From positions 300,506 through 364,505 of the forward strand of contig CAVRXU010000002.1 in assembly GCA_963725155.1 (NCBI GenBank): a stretch of 64,000 nt of DNA. The letters run 5' to 3'. This document shows, in pieces, positions 37,029 to 45,308 of this stretch; the first letter of the stretch is position 1, and each line of letters starts with the position of its first letter. The DNA is from an uncultured Microthrixaceae bacterium (GTDB taxonomy: Bacteria > Actinomycetota > Acidimicrobiia > Acidimicrobiales > DATDAH01). A program made the position numbers and the translations under genes. Below the pieces are notes generated by a model. That model was given only the letters and a program-made list of their open reading frames with translations, did no database searches and was not told the DNA's origin.

Positions 37029-37889
37029 TCAGTCGCTGAGCCACCTCGCGGTGTCGACATGCCGGGCGATCGCCCCGCCCTCGTGGAACGCCCAGGCCAC
37101 GGTCTGGGCGAAGGCCCAGCCTCGGGCCCGCTCCCGGTCGAGGCCGAGCTCGGCGCAGGACCGGTCCAGCCTGTCGCGCACCGCGCGTCGGGAATGGCCG
37201 AGAGTGTGGTCCCGGCAGAGCGGGGCCACGGCGAACTCGATCTCGCCGGCCAGCGGCTTCGGATCGATGGCCAGCCACGGCTCCCGTTCCGCGGCGAGGA
37301 CGTTGTCGCTGTGCAGGTCTTGGTGGAGCAGGACCGACGGCCCCTGGGTCGGAGCCAACTCGCTCAGGACGCCGAGGGCCCGGTCCATCAGCTCGTGCTC
37401 GAAGGGCCGTCCCGCTTGCTCCCACTTGTGGGGGAGCTCGTCGCCCCAGATCGTGGCCTCGTCGGCCAGCGTGGTGAAGGGCTCGGCAACCGGCACCGAG
37501 AGGCGCCGCACCAGACCGATGATGACCCCGACTGCCCGTTCGGGGGAGGCCGCCAGCCGGATCCCGGGCCGGGCCTGTTCCAGGATGAGGGCGTGTCGGT
37601 CCGGATCGTGGTCCAGGAGGCGGACGGCGCCGTCCCCGTCCCAGCGGCACAGGGCTTCGGCCTCGTGCTCGGCCTCCCGGTGGGGCCACTGCAGCTTCAG
37701 GACCACGGGCGTGCCGTCCGGCGTCTTTGCCGGAGCGACGTAGGACACCTGGCCCCCGTCTTCGAACGGGGCCGACAGCGTGAGCTCCCACTGGTCAGCG
37801 CACGCCGCGAGCAGAGCAGGCAGTCGCTCCAGCCACTCGGCCCCATCGGGCCGCGCCCACAGCCACTCGAGGTACGCCGGCACCCGCAC
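37029..37889 (-). CDS. aminoglycoside phosphotransferase, APH(6)/streptomycin-kinase-like
   Basis: LKLQWPHREAEHEAEAL..WDGDGAVRLL...LLHQDLHSDNVLAAEREPWLAIDPKP (HxDxxxxN catalytic loop). Confidence 0.75.
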   Translation of the reverse strand: MRVPAYLEWLWARPDGAEWLERLPALLAACADQWELTLSAPFEDGGQVSYVAPAKTPDGTPVVLKLQWPHREAEHEAEALCRWDGDGAVRLLDHDPDRHALILEQARPGIRLAASPERAVGVIIGLVRRLSVPVAEPFTTLADEATIWGDELPHKWEQAGRPFEHELMDRALGVLSELAPTQGPSVLLHQDLHSDNVLAAEREPWLAIDPKPLAGEIEFAVAPLCRDHTLGHSRRAVRDRLDRSCAELGLDRERARGWAFAQTVAWAFHEGGAIARHVDTARWLSD

Positions 37890-38017
37890 GCCCGATGGCT
37901 ACCACCCCCACCCGTTCTGGGCCCTGGGGATTGTGATGACCGCGAGTTCCAGGTTCCAGAACGGTGGCTGCCCCGTCGCGAGGGTCGTGCAGGTGTGGGT
38001 GATGAGCCGGGACTCGA

Positions 38018-38089
38018 CACCACGGCCAGCCGCTCGCTGTCCACGAGCACCCCGTCGCAGTCGAAGATGACCAGGGCGACGCCAGTCAT
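38018..38089 (-). pseudogene. HAD-hydrolase N-terminal stub (about 24 codons)
   Basis: MTGVALVIFDCDGVLVDSERLAVV carries HAD motif I (DxDGxLxDSE). The frame then degenerates into low-complexity sequence that runs into the APH gene. Confidence 0.35.
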
Positions 38090-38104
38090 CGGCCGGACCA
38101 GCGC

Positions 38105-38605
38105 TCAGGGGACCTCGTTGAGAAAACGGTCGCACTCGTCCTGCACGGCCTGGTCGACCGGGACGATCGTGGTGTTGATCTCGTCGACGACGGCCGCGCC
38201 GTCACCGGACTGGTACTCGGGGCTGGCGCCTCCCAGGTCGACCTCGTAGTCCCGGTCCGCGGCGTACTGCTCGAGGCCGTCGATGGCGTCGGCGAAGGCC
38301 TGGGCGTCCTCCGCGACGTCCTCCGGTGCCACCTCGACGATGGCGTCTGCGGTGCCGGACATCGCCGTCACCCGCTCCTCCACCTCGTCGGGTGTCTCGG
38401 CGTCGGCCGCCCCGTCCGAGGCCGTGGCGAAGTCGCCGGCGGCGTCACAGAACGCCTCCTGGTCGAAGCCGTTGGTCGCCTCGGTCGATGTCGAGGCGTC
38501 ATCGCCACCAGCATCTTCGCTGTCGCTGTCGTCGCCGCCGCACGCGGCGAGCAGGGCCACGACGGCGAGAACGACGGCCAGGGTGCGGAGGATGGATCGG
38601 CGCAT
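38105..38605 (-). CDS. hypothetical acidic lipoprotein
   Basis: MRRSILRTLAVVLAVVALLAACGGDDSDSED lipobox. No family recognised. Confidence 0.6.
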   Translation of the reverse strand: MRRSILRTLAVVLAVVALLAACGGDDSDSEDAGGDDASTSTEATNGFDQEAFCDAAGDFATASDGAADAETPDEVEERVTAMSGTADAIVEVAPEDVAEDAQAFADAIDGLEQYAADRDYEVDLGGASPEYQSGDGAAVVDEINTTIVPVDQAVQDECDRFLNEVP

Positions 38606-38782
38606 CCGGAGAAGGTAGCGAACGCCGTCCACGGCGCTCCGCTCTTGCCCGGCTCATGGGATCCAACCGCCGGTTCGAAACGTCGTCTGCCCTGAGATCG
38701 TTGGTGGCGTCGCAGCGATGAGTCTGCCGGCGCCCACAGGTCTACCTTCCGACCGAGACAACCAACTCATCGGGAGTAAGGC

Positions 38783-39427
38783 ATGGGGCTCATCCACATC
38801 GAGCTGTTCGCAACCCTCGACCTCGTCGGCCAGTCGCCCGGCGGCCCCGACGAGGACCCGGTGGGGTTCTCGTTCGGCGGCTGGCAGGCCCCGCTGGTGG
38901 ACGAGGTCGCCGGGGCGCAGATCGGTGCCGCGTACGAGGGCACGGACGCCCTCCTGCTCGGCCGGCGGACGTATGACATCTTCGCCGCCTACTGGCCGTA
39001 CCAGGAGGGTGGCGCGGACAACGAGATCGCCACCCTCTTCAACAGCGTCCCGAAGTACGTGGCCTCCCGCGGCAGGCCCGACCTCTCGTGGGCCGGGTCC
39101 ACGCAGCTCGGCCCGGATCTGGCCGGCGCGGTACGCGAGATCCGTGACCGGCACGAGCACGTGAAGGTCGTCGGGAGCCTGAACCTGGTGCAGACCCTCC
39201 TGCGCGAGAAGCTCTTTGACCGGCTCGACCTCTGGTTGCACCCGATCGTGCTCGGCGTCGGGAAGAAGGTGTTCGACGGCGGCGCGGTGCCCACGAACGT
39301 CACACTCCTCGAACCGCCGCAAGCCGGTCCGAAGGGCACCGTCTACCTGCGCTACGGGCTCGCCGACGGCACACCCGGGACGGGGGACATGAGCGCACCC
39401 GATCGCGGTGCCGGCCGCGACGACTGA
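38783..39427 (+). CDS. dihydrofolate reductase family protein (RibD C-terminal domain type)
   Basis: MGLIHIELFATLDLVGQSPGGPDED...LLLGRRTYDIFAAYWP...VVGSLNLVQTLLREKLFDRLDLWLHPIVLGVGKKVF. Confidence 0.8.
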   Translation: MGLIHIELFATLDLVGQSPGGPDEDPVGFSFGGWQAPLVDEVAGAQIGAAYEGTDALLLGRRTYDIFAAYWPYQEGGADNEIATLFNSVPKYVASRGRPDLSWAGSTQLGPDLAGAVREIRDRHEHVKVVGSLNLVQTLLREKLFDRLDLWLHPIVLGVGKKVFDGGAVPTNVTLLEPPQAGPKGTVYLRYGLADGTPGTGDMSAPDRGAGRDD

Positions 39428-39504
39428 CGTCGCCCCGCGCAGGTGGGTCCGTCGCCAGCCGGGCTGGACGTCGTCCGGATACCACTGTTTGACGCCGAGG
39501 CCGC

Positions 39505-39750
39505 GCCGAGGAACTCCCCGTCGGACCGCCGTTCGACGGCGACCATGCCGTACCCGTCGTTGGCCAGCCTCCGGTTGGCGCCGAGCATGGACTCCTGGGT
39601 CCGTTCCGCCGACCACAGCCCGCCGAGGAACTCCATCACCACCGGGTCGGCGCACATGGCCCGGTAGATCGGCAGGTCGTCGAGCGCGAACGGCCGCAGC
39701 GTCAACCGCTCGGTGACGAGCACCGCGTCACCACCCCAACCGTCGCTCAT
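39505..39750 (-). pseudogene. GNAT (RimJ/RimL-like) acetyltransferase, N-terminal ~82 codons only
   Basis: VLVTERLTLRPFALDDLPIYRAMCADPVVMEFLGG...GYGMVAVERRSDGEFLG. The acetyl-CoA-binding half is not recognisable, and the ORF tail overlaps the 3' end of the convergent RibD_C gene. Confidence 0.45.
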
Positions 39751-39902
39751 CCTGGCTCCCGCCTCGAAGCCCCACCCAACGGACTCGGACTCGTGCTACC
39801 AGGTCGGGAGCCCGGCGTTCCACGCAGTTCGCGTCGGCGACGCGATGTGGGTCGCGCGGTGCGAGCGGCACTGGACCGAGAGCTGCGAAGCTCGTGAGCG
39901 AT

Positions 39903-40463
39903 ATGGCCAAGCTCACCTACATCACCAACGTGTCGCTCGACGGCTTCATCGAGGACCCGAGCGGCAGCTTCGACTTCACCGAGCCCGACGAGGAGGGGTT
40001 CGCGTTCATCACCGATCTCGTGCGCCCTGTCGGCACCTGGCTCTACGGGCGGCGCCTGTACGAGACGATGGCCGTCTGGGAGACCGACCCCAGCCTGGCT
40101 GCGCAGTCGGAGCCGATGGCCGACTTCGCGACGGTGTGGCAGGCGGCGGACAAGGTCGTGTACTCCACGACCCTGCGAGCGGCATCGACGGCCAGAACCC
40201 GGCTCGAGCCCAGCTTCGACCCTGACGCCGTGCGGGACATGAAGCGGTCGGCCACCAGTGACCTGACGATCGGCGGCGCAAACCTCGCGGCGCAGGCGTT
40301 CGAGGCCGGGCTGGTCGACGAGTGTCACCTGTTCATCAGCCCCGTGCTCGTCGGTGGCGGCAAGCCCGCGCTGCCGAGAGACACCCCCGCCGAGCTCGAG
40401 CTGGTGGACGAGCGCCGATTTCCCAGCGGCATCGTGTACGTCCGCCATCGCAACCTCAGCTGA
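39903..40463 (+). CDS. dihydrofolate reductase family protein (RibD C-terminal domain type), second paralog
   Basis: MAKLTYITNVSLDGFIEDPSGSFDF...WLYGRRLYETMAVWE...LTIGGANLAAQAFEAGLVDECHLFISPVLVGGGKPAL. Confidence 0.8.
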   Translation: MAKLTYITNVSLDGFIEDPSGSFDFTEPDEEGFAFITDLVRPVGTWLYGRRLYETMAVWETDPSLAAQSEPMADFATVWQAADKVVYSTTLRAASTARTRLEPSFDPDAVRDMKRSATSDLTIGGANLAAQAFEAGLVDECHLFISPVLVGGGKPALPRDTPAELELVDERRFPSGIVYVRHRNLS

Positions 40464-40560
40464 GCGACCCCCACCCACCGGTGTGGCACGGCCAACGTAC
40501 GGGCCTTTCCAAGACAGGGCTGCAGTACGTTCGGGCGCCAGGCGTGGGAAGGGAGCGGTG

Positions 40561-41019
40561 ATGCGGTGGTTCGAGGACCTCACGCTGGGTCGCGTCGACT
40601 GGTCGCCGACCACCTACCTCGTCACCGAGGAGGAGATCGTGGACGTCGGCCGGCGGTGGGACCCGCAGCCGTTCCACACGGACCGGGTGGCGGCCGAGGC
40701 GTCGATCTTCGGCGGACTGGTGGCGGCGACCGCGCACCTCTTCGGCATCCTCGAGGCGCTCGGCGCCCGGGTCGCCGAGGACGACCGGATCGCGGCGGTG
40801 CGCTCGTTGGGCCTGAGGAACATGCGCAACCACGCCCCGGCCCGGCCCGGTGACGTGATCCGCCGGCGCGGTGAGGTGCTCGACCGAAGGCCGGCAGACA
40901 GCGAGCCGGGACTCGGGATCGTCGACTTGCGGGGGGAGCTCTTCAACCAGAACGACGGGCTGGTCTTCGGCGTGGACGTCGTGACTCTCGTCCGTTGTCG
41001 TCCGACGGCAGAGGGCTGA
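40561..41019 (+). CDS. MaoC-like (hotdog-fold) dehydratase
   Basis: MRWFEDLTLGRVDWSPTTYLVTEEEIVDVGRRWDPQPFHTDRVAAEASIFGGLVA. gggaagggag precedes the ATG. Confidence 0.75.
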   Translation: MRWFEDLTLGRVDWSPTTYLVTEEEIVDVGRRWDPQPFHTDRVAAEASIFGGLVAATAHLFGILEALGARVAEDDRIAAVRSLGLRNMRNHAPARPGDVIRRRGEVLDRRPADSEPGLGIVDLRGELFNQNDGLVFGVDVVTLVRCRPTAEG

Positions 41020-41023
41020 CCCG

Positions 41024-41449
41024 GTGCTGTACTACGAGGACCTGCCGTTGGGCTCGTTCTTGCCCGCCGAGGGGTCGTACCTGATCACCGAGGCGGAGAT
41101 CCGGGACGTCGCCGAGCGCTGGGGCACCCCCTTCGACGAGGTCGATCCGGTCGCCCCGGCGCTGCTGATGATCGCGATGATGTCCGCCATCGAGGGGCAG
41201 CGACCCGTGGAGGCGCGGGTGGCCGCGGTGAGCGCTCTCGGCTTCGAGCGGCTGGACCACCTGCTGCCCGTGCGCCCCGGCGATCGCATCACCTGCTGGG
41301 GCGAGGTGGCGGAGCGGCGGCTGTCTCACAGCCGACCGGGCCTAGGCGTCATGACGATGAAGGGCGGGCTCCGCAACCAGCGCGACGAGGTCGTGTTCTC
41401 CTCGGTGAGCGCACTGCTGGTCCAGTGCCGACCGGCCGCCGACCCCTAG
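41024..41449 (+). CDS. MaoC-like (hotdog-fold) protein, tandem paralog
   Basis: VLYYEDLPLGSFLPAEGSYLITEAEIRDVAERWGTPFDE...PGDRITCWGEVAERRLSHSRPGLGVMTMKG. GTG start 4 nt after the upstream stop. Confidence 0.7.
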   Translation: MLYYEDLPLGSFLPAEGSYLITEAEIRDVAERWGTPFDEVDPVAPALLMIAMMSAIEGQRPVEARVAAVSALGFERLDHLLPVRPGDRITCWGEVAERRLSHSRPGLGVMTMKGGLRNQRDEVVFSSVSALLVQCRPAADP

Positions 41450-41495
41450 GGCGGACCCTCATGCGGTTGTGCGGCGTGATGTCGTTCGAGGCGCA

Positions 41496-41523
41496 GCACC
41501 CCCAACCACTTTGGATTGGAACC
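41496..41523. repeat. degenerate third copy of the tRNA-Glu 3' end (possible old att remnant)
   Basis: gcacccccaac-cacttt-ggattggaacc compared with the tRNA-Glu end gcacccccaacgggattcgaaccc. There are 11 identical nt, then a recognisable degraded T-arm, at the start of a visibly lower-GC spacer. Confidence 0.4.
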
Positions 41524-41769
41524 AGATCTCGTCGTGGCTGGAAAGGGTCGAAAACCTAAGGACTTGGCTCGAACCGGCGCTGCCAGCCCCTGGTGTTGGC
41601 CCGGATCACGGCTGTTCAGAGTCGCGGACCTACTCCCCCGGTTGATTGGAAGACCACAGAGTCACGCGCGACGACTCACAGCGATCGCCCCGGTCAAAGC
41701 GTTCGCAGAACCGCGAGAGCGCGCCGGACCCTGTGCGTCTAGCGAGCCGACTTCCGGCGGTTCCGTTTG

Positions 41770-42456
41770 ATGAACCCCGAGAGAGGTTCCGACCGGCACC
41801 GCGAGAGACGTGCGTACTACGGCGCGTATGCGGACCCGGCGTTCTGGGATGCTCGACGGATGCGACAGAATGTCGCCGTGGTGGAGTTAGGGCTGTTCCG
41901 CAACCGGCGCACGGCTGTGAGCGCGGCCACGACCGCGGCGCTGCTCGTCTCCCTCGAAGTGGCCGACGGCTTGGCGTCGACGGATCCTGGGGACGACGTT
42001 CGAGACCAGGGCACGATCGAGTTGTTCGGGACGGCGATGGCCGCGGCGATCGTCGGGTCTTGCGTCTCGCTTGCCCGACGCCGGCCTCTGCCGCATCGAC
42101 GCGGTGCGTGGTGGGCCGGTCTCGGTCTCATCTGGGTGGGCGCTGCAGTGAACCGAGCAGCCAGGCGGCAACTCGGCCACAACTACCGCTCAAGGCTGAC
42201 CGCCGTTCCTGAGCACGAGTTTGTGAAGGAAGGTCTCTACGGCCGGGTGCGGCATCCGATGTACAGCGGCGCAACACTGATCTGCACCGGCGCCGCCGTT
42301 GCCATTGCAGCGCCGGCCTCGGCGCTTTGGGCTCTACCCGCGCTCGCGCTGGTCCATCGGATCGAGTTTGAAGAGGCGATGCTCCACGACGTACTAGGAG
42401 CAGACTACGCCGACTTCATCCGCGGACGAGCCCGACTTGTCCCCAAGGTGTGGTAG
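41770..42456 (+). CDS. isoprenylcysteine carboxyl methyltransferase (ICMT/PEMT-like) family membrane protein
   Basis: LGHNYRSRLTAVPEHEFVKEGLYGRVRHPMYSGATLI...FEEAMLHDVLGADYADFIRGRARLVP. Confidence 0.75.
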   Translation: MNPERGSDRHRERRAYYGAYADPAFWDARRMRQNVAVVELGLFRNRRTAVSAATTAALLVSLEVADGLASTDPGDDVRDQGTIELFGTAMAAAIVGSCVSLARRRPLPHRRGAWWAGLGLIWVGAAVNRAARRQLGHNYRSRLTAVPEHEFVKEGLYGRVRHPMYSGATLICTGAAVAIAAPASALWALPALALVHRIEFEEAMLHDVLGADYADFIRGRARLVPKVW

Positions 42457-42521
42457 CCGAGCACGGCGGCGGAGTGACGCATCAACCGCGCAAACGTTGC
42501 CTGACACGGCGGAAACTGCGA

Positions 42522-42570
42522 AGCACCCCCAACGGGATTCGAACCCGTGTTACCAGCTTGAAAGGCTGGC
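42522..42570. repeat. att direct repeat (distal copy): 49 bp identical to the 3' part of tRNA-Glu
   Basis: agcacccccaacgggattcgaacccgtgttaccagcttgaaaggctggc is identical to 49851-49899. Confidence 0.9.
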
Positions 42571-42656
42571 CGAAGGGGGTTGCGCCGATTGGCTCGATGA
42601 GCGTTTCCCCTGGTCAGCCCACTATTGGCTTGACCGCCATAGACCGCGAGGACCCC

Positions 42657-42691
42657 TCCGTGACCGTGCGTTAGGTCACGGTTGGGTCACG
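42657..42691. repeat. GGTCACG arm-type repeat cluster, left end of the element
   Basis: ccgtgacc gtgcgtta ggtcacg gttg ggtcacg, that is one inverted and two direct copies, about 90-120 bp inside the att repeat. The same TTAGGTCACGnTTnGGTCACG occurs at 49758-49779. Confidence 0.6.
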
Positions 42692-42813
42692 ACCTGGTGC
42701 CTGATCCCCAGCTTGCAAAGCAGGATCGGCCAGATTCCTGATCAGGAGTCGCGCGCGAAACCGCAGTTCACCGGCTATCTCGCTTGACCGTCATTGACCG
42801 CGGTTTACCGCTC

Positions 42814-42844
42814 GTGCCCACCGTGGTGGGCACGCAGTGGGCAC
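42814..42844. promoter_or_regulatory. candidate operator: 9+9 palindrome GTGCCCACC-gt-GGTGGGCAC plus a third half-site
   Basis: gtgcccaccgtggtgggcac gca gtgggcac overlaps the start of ORF 42837. Tandem TTGACCG boxes lie at 42784 and 42794. Confidence 0.4.
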
Positions 42845-43187
42845 GACTGCCACCGGTACCCTTGACACCGTGAGCAGCGTCCCAACGGCACGAGAGCGAC
42901 CCGTCGCCGTACCCGATGACCTGGACGACTCCGTACCCATCCGCGGCATCGTGCGGCTGCCGCTCTCGATCCGCTGGAGCGGCGAGCCGATCGAGTACGA
43001 CCTCGCCAACCCGCGCCACGTGCGCAGCGTCTACGAGCAGGTGCTGCGTGAGGGAACCGAGGACGACGTGCGGCGCTACGTGCGTGCGAGCACCCTCGTC
43101 GAGGTGTGGGGCGACCTGTTCCTACCGGCGTACGTACGTGCGGCCTGGGAGCCCTGGCTGCAGCGACGTCGCGTCTCGCAGCCGTAG
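42837..43187 (+). CDS. hypothetical protein, possible cognate partner (antitoxin?) of the downstream AbiEii-like gene
   Basis: ...IEYDLANPRHVRSVYEQVLREGTEDDVRRYVRASTLVEVWGDLFLPAYVRAAWEPWLQRR. Its stop lies 24 nt upstream of, and in frame with, the NTase gene start. Family not recognised with certainty, and the start is uncertain. Confidence 0.4.
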   Translation: MGTTATGTLDTVSSVPTARERPVAVPDDLDDSVPIRGIVRLPLSIRWSGEPIEYDLANPRHVRSVYEQVLREGTEDDVRRYVRASTLVEVWGDLFLPAYVRAAWEPWLQRRRVSQP

Positions 43188-43211
43188 CAGTGCCCCTCAG
43201 CCCAGCAGCGA

Positions 43212-43873
43212 GTGGCCGCGGTCGTCAATGCCTTGCCCGATGCCGAAGAGCTCGCTCTCGCCGGCGGTGCCGCGCTGATCCGCCTGGGACGTCGGCGATC
43301 GCATCACACGTGATCTCGACTTCTTCGCCGAGCACAGCGAGACGGTCGACCAGCTCGCGCCGGTAGTCGAGCAGGCACTGCGCTCCGAAGGCCTCGACGT
43401 CGAAGTCGTTCGCGGCGAGCCCGGGCTTCGTGCGCCTTCAGATCAGCGACAGCAACGAGACGACCGAACTCGACCTCGCCTGGGACTACCGAATGCGAGA
43501 GCTTCGACGCACCCAGCACGGGCGCGTCCTCGATCGCGATGAGCTCGCAGCAGACAAGATGCTCGCCCTATACGGACGCGCCGAAGCGCGCGACTTCGTC
43601 GACCTGTATCGGCTCCGCGCTCTGTACTCGAGGGAACGCCTGTGCGAACTCGCGCGTGAGAAGGATCGCGGCTTCGTGGCAAACGCGTTCGCCGAAGCGC
43701 TGCGCGGGATCGATCGCCGAGATCGAATCGAGTTCGACGTCGATTCACCGACGTTTGCTGCTCTACATCGCGAGTTCGCACAATGGCGCGACGTTCTTCT
43801 CGCGCGGAAACCACCCGCGCCCGAGAGGCATTCGATCGAGAAGCAGCCGCCCGACTTCGGACCCGGTCTGTAG
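43212..43873 (+). pseudogene. nucleotidyltransferase AbiEii/AbiGii toxin family, two frameshifts
   Basis: Three frames join as VAAVVNALPDAEELALAGGAALIRLG | VGDRITRDLDFFAEHSETVDQLAPVVEQALRSEGLDVEVVRGEPG | VRLQISDSNETTELDLAWDYRM...ADKMLALYGRAEARDFVDLYRL. The shifts are near 43290 and 43425. Confidence 0.75.
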
Positions 43874-43887
43874 CCAAGAGCACGCGC

Positions 43888-44130
43888 CTACCGCGGCTTC
43901 GGTGAGCGAGACTCGGACGAGTTCGGTCGGCCGGCGTAGAGCAGGGCGCGGACGCGGTAGTGCCGGAGCCGGCGGAAGCCGAAGCCGATGCGCTTGATCC
44001 GCTTGAAGAGGTCGTTCATCGCTTCGGTCGGTCCATTGGTCACGCGGGCTTCGTGCCGGGCGACGATGTGGTCGAGCCATCGACGCAGCGTCCGGCCGAG
44101 GGGGTGTCGGACGGGTCGGATCCCCGAGTA
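43888..44130 (-). pseudogene. ISL3-family transposase C-terminal fragment
   Basis: LGRTLRRWLDHIVARHEARVTNGPTEAMNDLFKRIKRIGFGFRRLRHYRVRALLYAGRP is the typical ISL3 C-terminus. Upstream of it the ORF is not transposase-like. Confidence 0.7.
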
Positions 44131-44163
44131 CTGATCGCATGACCGCTCCCGATCGGGCAATCT

Positions 44164-44886
44164 GTGCGCGTGACGGCGACTGGGGATGCGGTTCAACCGG
44201 AGGAGATCGACCTCACGTTCGGGGAGCGGGTCGTGGGCGCGGCGGCGATCGCGTTGGTAGCGTCGTTGGTCATCCAGAATGCGGTGCTGGTCTGGGCCGG
44301 AGCGCCCGGCTTCGGCGACCCGATCGACAAGGTGCTCGCCTTCCACGCGGAGCACCGGGGCGCGGTCGGGATCGCCGTCGGCTCAGAGGCTTTGAACGTG
44401 CCGCTGCTGCTCGTGTTCGTGACCGGTCTCCACGGGCTGGTCGGGCGTCGCGGTGGTGCGGGCGCCGACTGGTCGCGCCTCGCGGTGGCCGCGGGCGCGA
44501 CTCTCGCGGCGGTCTTCGCGCTCTACGCGGTTCTGTGGAACGGAGTCGTATTGTCCGCCGGCAGGCTCGCCGAGCCGAGCCCGCTGTTCGAGCTCGTTTG
44601 GCAGCTGCATGCAGGAGCATTCGCTCTGGCGCTGTCGGCGCTCGGCACCACCTTCATCGGCGCTGCGCTGGGGGCGCATGCGAGTCGGCTGGCGGCGCCG
44701 TGGCAGCGTGTGCTCGGCGTGGCCGGGGGAGGCCTGCTGATCGCCGCCGGGGTGGCCAACCTCGCGATCGCCGACGGCTCGCCGATCCTGTTCGTGGGGA
44801 TGCTCGGCTACGCCGCCTGGCTCGTGTGGTTGCTGGTGACCGGGGTACGGCTGGTTCTGATGCCCAGGAAGGTCGGCGCTGCCTAG
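44164..44886 (+). CDS. hypothetical integral membrane protein (element cargo)
   Basis: About six hydrophobic helices (AAAIALVASLVIQNAVLVWAG..., LLLVFVTGLHGLV..., LGYAAWLVWLLVTGV). GTG start. No family recognised. Confidence 0.55.
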   Translation: MRVTATGDAVQPEEIDLTFGERVVGAAAIALVASLVIQNAVLVWAGAPGFGDPIDKVLAFHAEHRGAVGIAVGSEALNVPLLLVFVTGLHGLVGRRGGAGADWSRLAVAAGATLAAVFALYAVLWNGVVLSAGRLAEPSPLFELVWQLHAGAFALALSALGTTFIGAALGAHASRLAAPWQRVLGVAGGGLLIAAGVANLAIADGSPILFVGMLGYAAWLVWLLVTGVRLVLMPRKVGAA

Positions 44887-45071
44887 GAACCGTTCCCGCC
44901 ACGCGGCAGCCCGATACAAAGGTTGCGTCAATCTGGGCGAAGTGATTCGACCGCTCATCGGCATGTGAGTGCGATTCACCTCCCTTCCGATGGCCCGCGC
45001 TCGTTGGGTGGCTGCTCGTGGAGTGGACCGGTGTGCGCGCCGTTGGCGCGGGCGCTCGAATTACGTCGCCA

Positions 45072-45188
45072 ATTGAAGACCGCGGTTGGGGTGAGCGATC
45101 GTTCTACTGCCTCGACCCGGATGGCAACCGCTTGTGCATCGTGGACGACAACACGCTGTTCCTCGGGCGTGGCGCTCCTTGGACATAG
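45072..45188 (+). pseudogene. VOC (glyoxalase/bleomycin-resistance) family C-terminal fragment
   Basis: Own translation: IEDRGWGERSFYCLDPDGNRLCIVDDNTLFLGRGAPWT*. Possible further degraded VOC sequence lies upstream (about 44958 on) in another frame. No intact N-terminal half. Confidence 0.45.
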
Positions 45189-45308
45189 GAGCGCCATATC
45201 TGCCGATCCGCGCTCGCAGACCGCCTTTCGGATTCGCGAGACGCGCGTTTCGATAGCGCCCACCACCGCTCGATCCCACACGTCACCGAGTTCCGCGCCG
45301 TCGCCCAG

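Noticed and set aside
41516-41770. 84-aa and overlapping ORFs in the low-GC spacer before the ICMT gene
   Set aside because: There is no RBS, no family resemblance and no codon bias. The region looks like decayed non-coding island DNA.
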